Positions 43,175-54,659 of a DNA stretch of 64,000 nucleotides are shown here, one piece after another. Origin of the DNA: Macrostomum lignano (Eukaryota); contig NIVC01000722.1 of assembly GCA_002269645.1 (NCBI GenBank), positions 124,001-188,000 of the forward strand, read 5' to 3'. The first letter of the stretch is position 1; every line of letters begins with the position of its first letter. The position numbers and the translations under genes are program-made. The notes under the pieces are model-generated. The model worked only from the letters and a program-made list of their open reading frames with translations. It made no database searches and was not told the DNA's origin.

Positions 43175-44110
43175 GTGGCGCCTCTCAGATATGATTAGTG
43201 GCGCCTCTCAGACTTGATAAGTGGCGCCTCTCAGCTTTGATAGTGTGGCGCCCCTCAGACTTGGTAGTGGCGCGTCTCAGATTTGACAAGTGGCGCCTCT
43301 CAGCTTTGATAGTGGCGCCCCTCAGACTTGATAGTGGCGCCCCTCAGACTTGAAAGTGGCGCCTCAGACTTAATACTGTAGGTGGCGCCTCTCAGCTTTG
43401 ATAGTGTGGCGCCCCTCAGACTTGGTAGTGGCACGTCTCAGATTTGACAAGTGGCGCCTCTCAGCTTTGATAGTGGTGCCTCTCAGACTTGATAAGTGGC
43501 GCCTCTCAGGTTTGATAGTGACGCCTCTCAGACTAGATTAGTGGCGCCTCTCAGACTTCATACGTGGCACCTCTCAGAGTTGATTAGTGGCGCCTCTCAG
43601 ATTTGATAGTGCTCTCAGATATGATTAGTGGCGCCTCTCAGACTTGATAAGTGGCGCCTCTCAGCTTTGATAGTGTGGCGCCCCTCAGACTTGGTAGTGG
43701 CGCGTCTCAGATTTGACAAGTGGCGCCTCTCAGCTTTGATAGTCACGCCCCTCAAACTTAATACTGTAGGTGGCGCCTCTCAGCTTTGATAGTGTGGCGC
43801 CGCTCAGACTTGGTAGTGGCACGTCTCAGATTTGACAAGTGACGCCTCTCAGCTTTGATAGTGGTGCCTCTGAGACTTGATAAGTGGCGCCTCTCAGACT
43901 TGATAGTGACGCCTCTCAGACTTAATACGTGGCGCCTCTCAGATTTGATCAGTGGCGCCTCTTAGATTTGATTAGTGGCGCCTCTCAGATTGGATAGTGG
44001 CGCCTCAGCTTTGATAGTGGCGCCTCTCAGATTTGATTTGTGGCGCCTCTCAGTTTTGATAGTGACGCCCAACAGCCACGAACTTGGCATCTCTCAAACT
44101 TGATGGTGGC
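43175..44110. repeat. ~22-bp minisatellite (TAGTGGCGCCTCTCAGACTTGA)n
   Basis: Variant tandem copies. Confidence 0.93.
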
Positions 44111-44955
44111 GCCACAAAACTGTTTAAATTGACTTCCCAGTTTTGCTAAGAACAATTCGGAATGGTAAAACAAAAGAAAAAAGACAAAAATTAAGCATGA
44201 AAATTTGCGTTTCACTTTTAGCGCCAAAATTTAACAAATTAAAAACATGAGAAAATCCTATTTTACTACTCATTATGCTACTAACAGTAGAGTAAAAAGT
44301 TTTTTTCACAGCCAAATTTTGTTTACTTGAAAAGAAAACTTTATAATCCCAAACATGGCCAAAGTAACAAAGGAAAATGCACGGGATTTTTGGATGGATA
44401 AAAGAAATTAGCTAAAACTGGGGGAGTGGCGTTCAGTATTTACAGTTCGGAACTCTGGATAATGAAATTACAAAGTCAAGCATTTCCTAGCTAATTTCAT
44501 AGAACTCTTACGAGTACACAATAACTTTATACAACACAGCATTTTGATTTGGAGAACAATATAAATTCAATCAAATATTTAACAGACCGATTGACCAACA
44601 ATGCGACAGCTGTTGCTAATGCAGAGTAGCTAATAGCATCTTCATACCCGGACAGTCTGTCACTCATTGGTCATTGTCACCCCGTCGGTCATTTAGTCCG
44701 CTACTCATGGGTCGCTTGATTTGTCACACCACGGCTGTTTAATCTGTCACTTCAAGGTCACTTGGTCTGTCACTCTACGGTTATTTGATCTGTCACTCCA
44801 CGGTTATTTAATCTGTCACTCTAACGGTCATTTGATCTGTCACTCCACGGTTATTTAATCTGTCACTCCTCCTTCATCCAGCCTGTCACCCATCGTCCAT
44901 GCAGTCTGTCCCTCCTCAGCCATTATGTCTGTCACTCCCCCCCAAAAAAAACCGG

Positions 44956-47900
44956 TCAGTGAGGCTGCTGCTGCTGCTGCTGCTCATACTTGAACACGGT
45001 GGACACCTGGTCCTTCCTGTACCGCTCCAGCGGCCCAGCCTGGCGCCGCAGCAGCTCCTTAGCGTAGTCATTGCCAATCAGGCCGGCCTGCCGCAGGGCG
45101 CCCTCCAGCCGGACCCTCGGATCGGCCAGAATCTGCTTGTCGGTGAAAGTCGTCGCAGTCGGACCCGGCGCGTGAACTGGCAGCGGCTCGTCAGCTTCTT
45201 CGTCTGCCGAGGACTGGCCGCGCCTGCGGTGCTGGTGCAGCTTGGAGGCGGCGGTGTCCCCGGTGGCCCGCTCGATGTCCGGCAGGACGCGCGGCCTGAC
45301 AAGTTCGCGCAGGTGCTCCAGCCGCTCCTCGCGCTGCACACCAGCTTCGGCCTGGGGGGCGGATGAGACTTTATCTACTTCTAAATCGAATTCTCCAATC
45401 TACTTCTCACTCGAATTCTCCAATCTACTTCTCACTCGAATTCTCCAATCTACTTCTCACTCGAATTCTCCAATCTACTTCTCACTCGAATTCTCCAGTC
45501 TACTTCTCACCTGAATTCTCCAATCTACTTCTCACTCGAATTCTCCAGTCTACTTCTCACCTGAATTCTCCAATCTACTTCTCACTCGAATTCTCCAATC
45601 TACTTCTCACCTGAATTCTCCAATCTACTTCTCAATCGCATTTTCCAGTCTACTTCTCACTCGAATTCTCCAATCTACTTCTAAATCAAATTCTCTAATC
45701 TACTTCTCACTCGAATTCTCTAATCTACTTCGTACCTGAGTTCTCCACTCTACTGCCTTTATTCTATACTTCTTTATCTGCTTCTACTAGTCTTACCAGC
45801 TGCTCAGTTCGCATCCTCTCAGCCTCCATCCGCTTGCTCCGCTCCTCTCGCCGGTAGCCGATCCGCTGGGCGTCCCGCTCCGCCTGCTCACGCAGCTGCC
45901 GCTTCAGCTGCTCCAGCCTGGCCTCCTCGCGGGCAGCCGCCTCGCTGCGCAGCCGCTCCTTCTCCTGCTGGTAGGTCGACAGTTGCCTCCGCTGCTGCTG
46001 CCGCTGCCGCTCCTCCCGCTCGGCCTCCTGGCGCTCCCGCTCCTCCAGCTCTTGCCGGCGCCGCTCCTCGGCGCGCAACTCCAACTGGGCCTCTTCCTCT
46101 TTCTGTTGGCGCCAGACGCGCAACTTTTCGGATAAAACGGCGCGCAAAGCGTCGCGCTTGTCTCGCTCGCCTGAGGGGTAATTAGCATCTACTGATTCTA
46201 AATACCCCATCTACTGATTCTGAATACCCCATCTATTGATTCTGAATACCACATCTACTGATTCTAAATACCCCATCTACTGATTCTAAATACCCCATCT
46301 ACTGATTCTAAATACCCCATCTACTGCTTCTAAATACCCCATCTACTGCTTCTAAATACCCCATCTACTGATTCTAAATACCCCATCTACAGATTCTGAA
46401 TACCCCATCTACTGATTCTAAATACCCCATCTACTGACTCTAAATACCCCATCTACTGATTCTGAATACCTCATCTACTGATTCTGAATACCCCATCTAC
46501 TGATTCTAAATACCCCATCTACTGATTCTAAATACCCCATTTACTGGTTCTAAATCCTTTACTGATTCTAAATACCCCATCTACTGATTCTAAATACCCC
46601 ATCTACTGATTCTGAATACCCCATCTACTGATTCTGAATACCCAATTTACTGATTCTAAATACCCCATCTAATGATTCTGAATACCACATCTACTGATTC
46701 TAAATACCCCATCTACTGATTCTGAATACCCCATCTACTGATTCTAAATACCCTATCTACAGATTCTGAATACCCCATCTACTGATTCTAAATACTCCAT
46801 CTACTGATTCTAAATACCCCATCTACTGATTCTGAATACCCCATCAACTGATTCTAAATACCCCATCTACTGATTCTAAATACCCCATCTACTGATTCTA
46901 AATACCCCATCTACTGATTCTAAATACCCCATCTACTGATTCTAAATACCCCATCTACTGATTCTAAATACCCCATCTACAGATTCTGAATACCCCATCT
47001 ACAGATTCTGAATACCCCATCTACAGATTCTAAATACCCCATCTACTGATTCTAAATACCCCATCTACTGATTCTGAATACCCCATCTACTGATTCTGAA
47101 TACCCCATCTACTGATTCTGAATACCCCATCTACTGATTCTAAATACCACATCTACTGATTCTAAATACCCCATCTACTGATTCTGAATACCCCATCTAC
47201 TGATTCTGAATACCCAATTTACTGATTCTAAATACCCCATCTACTGATTCTAAATACCCCATCTACAGATTCTGAATACCCCATCTACTGATTCTAAATA
47301 CCCCATCTACTGACTCTAAATACCCCATCTACTGATTCTGAATACCCCATCTACTGATTCTGAATACCCCATCTACTGATTCTGAATACCCCATCTACTG
47401 ATTCTAAATACCCCATTTACTGATTCTAAATCCTTTATTGATTCTAAATACCCCATCTACTGATTCTAAATACCCCATCTACTGATTCTGAATACCCATC
47501 TACTGATTCTGAATACCCAATTTACTGATTCTAATACCCCATCTACTGATTCTGAATACCACATCTACTGATTCTGAATACCCCATCTACTGATTCTAAA
47601 TACCCTATCTACTGATTCTGAATACCCTATCTACTGATTCTAAATACCCATCTACTGATTCTAAATACCCCATCTACTGATTCTAAATACCCCATCTACT
47701 GATTCTAAATACCCCATCTACTGATTCTAAATACCCCATCTACTGATTCTAAATACCCCATCTACTGATTCTAAATACCCCATCTACTGATTCTAAATAC
47801 CCCATCTACTGATTCTAAATACCCCATCTACAGATTCTAAATACCCCATCTACAGATTCTGAATACCCCATCTACAGATTCTGAATACCCCATCTACTGA

Positions 47901-48729
47901 TTCTAAATACCCCATCTACTGATTCTGAATACCCCATCTACTGATTCTGAATACCCCATCTACTGATTCTGAATACCCCATCTACTGATTCTGAATACCC
48001 CATCTACTGATTCTAAATACCCCATCTACTGATTCTAAATACCCCATCTACTGATTCTGAATACCCCATCTACTGATTCTAAATACCCCATCTACTGATT
48101 CTAAATACCCATCTACTGATTCTGAATACCCATCTACTGATTCTGAATACCCATCTACTGATTCTAAATACCCCATCTACTGATTCTAAATACCCCATTT
48201 ACGTGTTTCTTCAAGAAGCGCCCATTCACTTTCTCCATACACATTTAATACCCATCTAAATATCCCCTGGACGCACCTTCTCGCACAATATCCTCCTCCT
48301 CGTGCTGCCAGGCCTGAGCAAAGGTGGCCTCAATTTTCACAAGCAGTTCGGCTCGGGCCCGGCGCCAACTAGCGGCCAGCACGTGGCGCCGTTCGCACCA
48401 AGCGCGCCAGGCCGTCAGCCAGTCGCCGTGGTCGGCCAGCTGCTGCCGGGTCCTGGCCGGAAACGTCCGCTCCAGCCGGTCGGCGCACAGGCTGTGCCGA
48501 TTGAACACGACCGGGCCAGTCAGGTATTCGTCTCTGATCAGTTCGAATAGCCTGTGCTCAGCTTCCGGCCAGCCGCCGAATGGCGCTTTAGCCAGGGTGG
48601 TCGAGAATTTCTCTCGAAGCTCGGCTAGACGCTCCAGATAGCGCTGATCAAGCAGGATGAACTCCTGCAGGGCTTCCGCTTTTAAATCGTCCGACGGGCA
48701 CTCCAGATCCCAGGCCTCCTCTGGTATGC
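44956..48729 (-). CDS. CCDC148: coiled-coil domain-containing protein 148 orthologue, last three exons (N-terminal exons not found in the window)
   Basis: complement(join(44956..45351,45797..46170,48277..48729)); GT-AG with phases 1/1/0 consistent. LECPSDDLK..QEF, GGW..EH..F..I.DEY and C-terminal QILADPRVRLEGALRQAGL..DYAKELL..STVFK match the CCDC148 motifs as I recall them (LECPYPDLK, IISDPRLRFELALREAGL, STVFK). Not verified by search. Confidence 0.8.
45370..45750. repeat. 25-bp intronic minisatellite (TTCTCCAATCTACTTCTCACTCGAA)n
   Basis: Fills the last CCDC148 intron. Confidence 0.95.
46185..48205. repeat. 22-bp intronic minisatellite (ATCTACTGATTCTAAATACCCC)n
   Basis: About 90 copies; makes up nearly the whole 2.1-kb intron. 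Confidence 0.97.
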
Positions 48730-48754
48730 CTGTCATTGTTTAACGGGAGGACAG

Positions 48755-49260
48755 AGCTTGTCTTTGTTCCCGTCGCTGAAGTCTTTGTTCCCGTCTGCTG
48801 AATCTTTGTTCCTATCTATGGAAGTCTTTGTTCTTGTCTGCTGAAGTATTTGTTCCCGTCTGCTGAAGTCTTTGTTCCCATCTATGGAAGTCTTTGTTCC
48901 CGTCTGCTGAAGTCTTTGTTCCCATCTATGGAAGTCTTTGTTCCCGTCTGCTGAAGTCTTTGTTCCCATCTATTGAAGTCTTTGTTTGTTCTTGTCTGCT
49001 GAAGTCTTTGTTCCCGTCGAGGAAGTCTGTTCCCATCTATGGAAGTCTTTGTTCCCGTCTGCTGAAGTCTTTGTTCCCATCTATGGAAGTCTTTGTTCCC
49101 GTCTGCTGAAGTCTTTGTTCCCATCTATTGAAGTCTTTGTTTGTTCTTGTCTGCTGAAGTCTTTGTTCCCGTCGAGGAAGTCTGTTCCCATCTATGGAAG
49201 TCTTTGTTCCCATCTACCGAAGTCTTTGTTCCCATCTATGGAAGTCATTGTTCCCATCTA
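48755..49260. repeat. ~21-bp minisatellite (GAAGTCTTTGTTCCCGTCTGCT / ..CCATCTATG)n
   Basis: Abuts the acceptor at 48730. Confidence 0.9.
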
Positions 49261-50482
49261 CAGTGGGCACTTTAGGCGTAGAAGCAATGCAAGGGGCGTT
49301 AGAGTTCCAACCCGCGAAAGTTCTTTGCTACTTTTCCTCACTAATGCGAAACTTTTCACCACTTTTCGGAACTTATCAGTATAGGAAATGTTTAGTTTCG
49401 TGGTTTGCCATGCGTAGGCCAAAATTTCCATGATTGGAAATTTCGCAGTATGAGCCATAGATAAGAGGACAGAAAAAGTTAATTCATAGCCAACTGTCGG
49501 AATTGATTGCAAATTGTTTGAATTGATTGCAAAGTGTCGGTTTCTCGTGGTAGCTTGTTTGCTTTGTTTGAAAATTGTCGCTTTTGAAAGCACATTTGTC
49601 GGAATTGAATGCACGTCCGGCCAAGAACTACCATAAACTGTCTGAATTGAATGAAAAGATTTTGACTTTGATTGCACTTTTGCCAAAATAGAATGGAAAA
49701 AAGTGTAGAAGGCCGCCATAAAAGTGCGGCTGGACTTGGTGGTGGACATTTAATGTGATTGAATGGCGCCGTTTTGCGTCTTGTGAGACTTGCGAATGTA
49801 TTTCTTTATTTTCTTTACGTACCTATGTAGCACTAAGAGTTGTAGCACTTTTTGGACATGTGCGGGACAATTTTTTTTTTTTTTAAAACTCTCGACTGTG
49901 TTTTTAACCATTCAAATTTTAAAACCTAAATTCTAAACCTAAAAACCTAATATGACAAGAAGGACACTACGTCACGCTATTGGTGTGGGCAGCAAATCAG
50001 TGAATGCTCAGAAGCTGGCGCATCGGTTTACAGAGGTGGCATGCCGGCACAGAACGATAACAATATTGACTGGTTGACGACGTCATAGTCGGAATGGTGC
50101 CAACAAGACCCACGTCCCCAGCCGCCCCGACTTCTCCTCGTGCCATAGACAGGTCGGAGCTGGCCATGGAAATATTCTGGTCGGATGAGCCACTGGCAAC
50201 CCGGATAGCGGAGGCTGCATCCGCGTCACCAGAGGTGAAGTGGCTACCAGAAGCCCTGCCTCCTCTGTTTACTCCGTGTCACCAGAGCGCTAGCGGGACA
50301 AGTGTCAGACTTTTTGGGGGGGGAGCTGGACTTATTGAGTGAAGAATCAGGCGCTGAGGTGGCATCGGCGCAGGGATGAGAGCGACTATGAGTCGGAGTA
50401 GTGAAATATTTCTCTTAGGCAGTGGAAATTGTCCTGGCATCCGTCATCATTCTTGTTATAGCTTGCATCCGCGACTACAGCA

Positions 50483-51004
50483 ATGGCATGGAACAAAAAC
50501 CCTTTCCACCTGACCTGCGACTGTAGCATCAAGTTGCTCGACCTCCGCAAAGCCTACCCGCGCGTCAATAAACCGGCGTTGTGGCAACTCCTTACGCACT
50601 ACGGAATGCCAGCGACGGCTATCGACAAGCTACGAGATCTGCACGAGGCAACGGCGTATGTGGTCATCTCTGACGAAGAAAAAAGCACACCCTCCTACCC
50701 ACAGCGGGGACTGAGAGAAGGATGTGCCACATCGCCGGTACTGTTCAACATATACCACCAAGCCGCTATACGTCGTGCCAAGAAAGAAAGGCCGCAGCCG
50801 ACGGAACCGACCAAACTTTTGGAATTCGCTGGACGTGTAGGTCAGGACATAGCCTCCCCCCCGCAACTCGCAGACAAGTACGAGGAAACGACGACAAGAA
50901 CCATCGTCGTCGGAGCTACGAACGAAATTGAGCAAGGGACGAAGATCATGAAGGAAGCAATGAAGGAATTCGATTTTATTTTATTACGTTTAGCAGATTA
51001 TTAG
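50483..51004 (+). pseudogene. non-LTR (RTE-like) reverse transcriptase fragment
   Basis: LDLRKAYPRVN..LW..L..YG.P...I..LRDLHEAT...GLREGCATSPVLFNIY corresponds to RT domains 3-4; the YADD region is degenerate and no endonuclease or further RT is present. Confidence 0.8.
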
Positions 51005-51949
51005 CCCGGCCCAACCGCATATCTACGGCTTAGTGACGACCAATTTGTCTTATTATACCCTCAAGGAAATGGTCTCACGCACAAGCCTGAATGATTTCAA
51101 ATATTTAGGACCACACTCGTGTTGAAATTCGAGATGTATGCACGGCCATCATCACAACTCTTCCGGGCCTTCGCGACAGTTCAGACGACGGCCTCCGATT
51201 TTGGCGCATAAAATTGAGCCGGCGGTTAAAAGAACTCCGCGGCAAGATCCTATCAGAATGTAGCAGTCCTGCCGTGCAAAAGAGCCGCGAGAAGTTCGCA
51301 CGCAAACGCAAGCAAATAGATAAGACCGAAGGCACGAGCGCTAACAGTGATGGCATGGCACTTGTGGATGATGATGAGGGAGGCAATTATGAAAATTAAG
51401 ATCTAAGTGCAGATGAAGAACCAGCTGCTAAAAGCGTCCATCTGGGCACCTGCGAGGCCGACGACAATCCTTCGAAGCACGAGGAGGCCAGGCTTTTTCT
51501 TAACGCAAACTTCCGTTTCTTTAGAGCCTGGAAGATACAGACGACGACGACCAAAAGCTGAAGGCTTCAGTTTGCCTTCTTATCTGAAGGCTTCAGTTTG
51601 CCTTCTTATCTGAAGGCTTCAGTTTGCCTTCTTATCTTATTGGACGCCTGTGATGATGCGACCCATTGGTCATTTTTTTCACCCGATCTGCCCGTCCGCA
51701 TTGTTCGACAGGATGATGTCTGGCGTGGTGTCGTTAATGGAGCGCACTTGCGACTACATTATCTGATGCGTTGCGTTAAATTGAACACGGTGCAGAGTGG
51801 TTTCGTCACTAAATTTTTTTTGTGTAATTTCATTATAAAAGGTTTAGGGTCACTTATTATTAATTAGCGCAATGTTAATCGCAATTTAAAAAATGCGCTG
51901 CCTGCAATTACAAAGTAATAAATTATGAGGCTAAGATGCAAAGCGAAGA

Positions 51950-52240
51950 CTATATATGACTTGTGATTTATATAATAAATACTTGAATTTCCAATGCAGT
52001 AAGCGCCTGCATCCAAAGACTGAACTGCTGGTCAGTATTTGTGAATCATCGTCTGTCACACCCACTTTACTTCCCAGTAAACACTGGTACCCTTTGTAAG
52101 CAGGGTAAATTGAAACAGTATGGGATTAAGTGTCTTGAATAATTCAACAAATTATTAGCCTGCGTGAGCTAGGATTCGAACCCGTAACCTTAGGGCCACA
52201 AGTACACCACGCTAATTGCAATAGGCCATAAGTAACTCCC
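51950..52240 (-). mobile_element. tRNA-derived SINE
   Basis: Minus-strand head GGGAGTTACTTATGGCCTATTGCAATTAGCG... with B-box GGTTCGAATCC (52172-52182), followed by a body containing ACCCTGCTTACAAAGGGTACCAG (52084-52106). Confidence 0.55.
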
Positions 52241-53091
52241 TATAACCTAATATATCTGTACTATAGTAATTGTAGTCGTTTTGCTTATATGGTTAAAATA
52301 ACAAAAGAACTTTTGTATGCACTTTTTGTTGAATTTGCGAATTTATATAGCACGTATAATACTGACATATTTAGTTTCTAAAATTGCGCTTGTGTTCCAC
52401 ACAGTTTCATTTTCCATTTTCATTTGTCTTGGGCCACTTTCCCATTTGCTTCATCGCGCTTCCTCGTTGTCCTCTTTATTTCGCTGCGTGTGTGCTTATC
52501 TTTTGGGGGAGGCGGTGTGCACTAACGTAAGCAAAAGAGTAGAGATTACTGGTGGAGCAGTGCACGGCCTGACAGAAGGTAAAGTTACTCAGACCGCTTT
52601 TTGCTTCATGATTAAGTCAGCCGGTCAGCAAAGTTTCGGGACTTAGTTGGCATCTTCCCTGTACAAGACCTCAATGCAGAGAGGCTCTACATCAGTGCAT
52701 CCAACAGATGATGCTAGTGCTGCATAAAATTTGTTTCTCGGTCGTCAGACGCTTCTATACTTGTTGTGTAGTTGGTTTGCATCCGTACATGTACATACAG
52801 GTAACAGATATGTACATCTGTTTTCCAATATCGATTTGTCACTGGCTGGAGTATAAAGTCAGAATGCCAACTTGAGCTAAAGGTCGTATTTACCCCAAAT
52901 CGGTCAGTCTGACTTTCTCAACACAACACAAAAACACTGTTTCTATGTTAAGGACGTCTTGAACTTAGTGTCACTAATTCACTATTTCACTAATTCACAA
53001 AAGGAATTCGTGTGCCCAAGTTTTCTGCCAATTATGCAAGAGTTGTCGAGGGCACTTTTTGCCGACGTTAAACACATCGACATTGAAGCTG

Positions 53092-53587
53092 ACAAGCCTG
53101 GAAAGATGGCGCACAAACCAACTGGCGCCATTCTGCAACCCAACAGAATCGAAAACCCACTCGCCGTTAACACTTTTCCACGAGTCCACTATCAGCGCCC
53201 GCAATTCCGTGTACTACGGCTATTGTGAGACTGCAAGGAGTCGTGAAAATATGTCTGTAGTTGTAGAATGTCCTGAACGTCAGAATAACGACAATCGGCA
53301 AGCACAAGAGGGAAATCAGCCGCGATGAACCTGTTCGTTTATCGTTAAATTGGAAACTTGGTTTGTGATGACGTACAGTTGTGTGAGTTATTTTTTTATT
53401 TGTAGTTGTGTTGAGTTGTGTGAGGGAGGTTGAAAGGAAGTGGGGAAGGGATGTGCATTGTCGCGATGGTCTTTGTTGCTTGCGTACGGTACTTGCTAAA
53501 TATATGGAAGCGACTGGCTTTTTAGGAGCCTCAATTTTTCTTCTGCAGTAGACACGGTAGACAAAATGATTAAGACTCGTAAGTGCT
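53092..53587. repeat. 496-bp direct repeat, copy 1 (left flank of the LTR element)
   Basis: Matches 63089-63584 with one mismatch seen by eye. Confidence 0.95.
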
Positions 53588-53733
53588 GTAAGTGTAGTGA
53601 CTGGCTGCTACTGGTTATTCAGCAGCATTCACTAGCTTTCCTTATGAGTGCTGTGATCCGCTGCACAGTATCTCAGTCCACCTGAGCTAGTGAGAGAGTT
53701 ACCCTGTGCTGGGCCTAAGTGTTTACTGCCCGA

Positions 53734-54096
53734 TGACTCATCGCCTGAGCGGGCGCGGGCAGCCACACTCAATGCCTTCCCACTCGCGCTGAGGAGGCGT
53801 AGCAGGATGACTCATCACCTGCGCGGAGTGTAAGGGCTGCCTAGAGGGAGTAAACAGGATGACTCATCCGCCCACGTTTCTATTTTTAGCACAGACTAAG
53901 CACGTGACTGTGCACGCACTCTGTGCGTGGCCGCTGACCTTGAGTCACGCCACTGCTGCGTGACAGGGTTGCCTTATTTGGAAGTTGGCCTTGGATCACG
54001 CGTCGTTCGCATGATTCCAATGCCCAAATAAGGAAGTTTCACGCGCTCACCGCATGAAACTCACGTGACTTTTGGGGGTCAGCTCGGCTATAAATA
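53734..54096 (+). promoter_or_regulatory. LTR U3 enhancer/promoter: 4x AP-1, 2x CArG, 2x E-box, TATA
   Basis: TGACTCA at 53734, 53808 and 53860; TGAGTCA at 53941; CCTTATTTGG at 53972; CCAAATAAGG at 54024; CACGTG at 53901 and 54062; TATAAATA at 54089. All are repeated in the 3' LTR. Confidence 0.6.
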
Positions 54097-54659
54097 CGGA
54101 GCATCTGCGAGCCATTTTTCTCCAGACTGCGTCGTCTCGCGGAGCATTGTGGCTAACTCGTGAAGCCTCTGCCTCCGAGCTCTCCTCTCTCATTTCAGGT
54201 TTTACAGGTTTCAGGTCCGAGCAGCATTCAACTAAGACGATCGACTGTCGAGACATTTTCAGATTTGGCCTTTGCTCCGAGTGTCTTCGTTAATTTTATT
54301 TTCAGGTGACGGATAGACAACTCTGCCGACGCGTCGAGTCCGCACACCAAGGTGGCACTGGCAGCAACCCTACCAAGTAACGGCAACGTTTTAGGTTCAT
54401 TTTTCAGGCAAATCGTTAACACCAGAAGCAAAGGGCAAACGTTACACTGGTGGCACAGCGGTGAGATTCGAGATTCGAGACAAAGGATTTGAGATTCGAG
54501 ATTCGAGACAAAGGATTCGAGATTCGAGACAAAGGATTCGAGATACGGGATACAACAAGCAAGCAGGAGAACGTTACCGAATCGACGTCAACGTCACTCA
54601 ACTATCACCCTTTCGGACACGTCATCAGTCACGCCTACCACGACTAAGTCAGCATCAAG

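Noticed and set aside
51105-51870. Host gene exons among short GC-rich ORFs
   Set aside because: No recognisable domain, inconsistent frames, and no CCDC148-like sequence on the minus strand.
52160-52240. Functional tRNA gene
   Set aside because: A B-box is present, but I could not fold a convincing acceptor stem or anticodon arm; treated as a SINE head.
52959-53328. Short ORFs in the duplicated flank as a captured gene
   Set aside because: They are under 90 aa, have no recognisable motif, and overlap on both strands.
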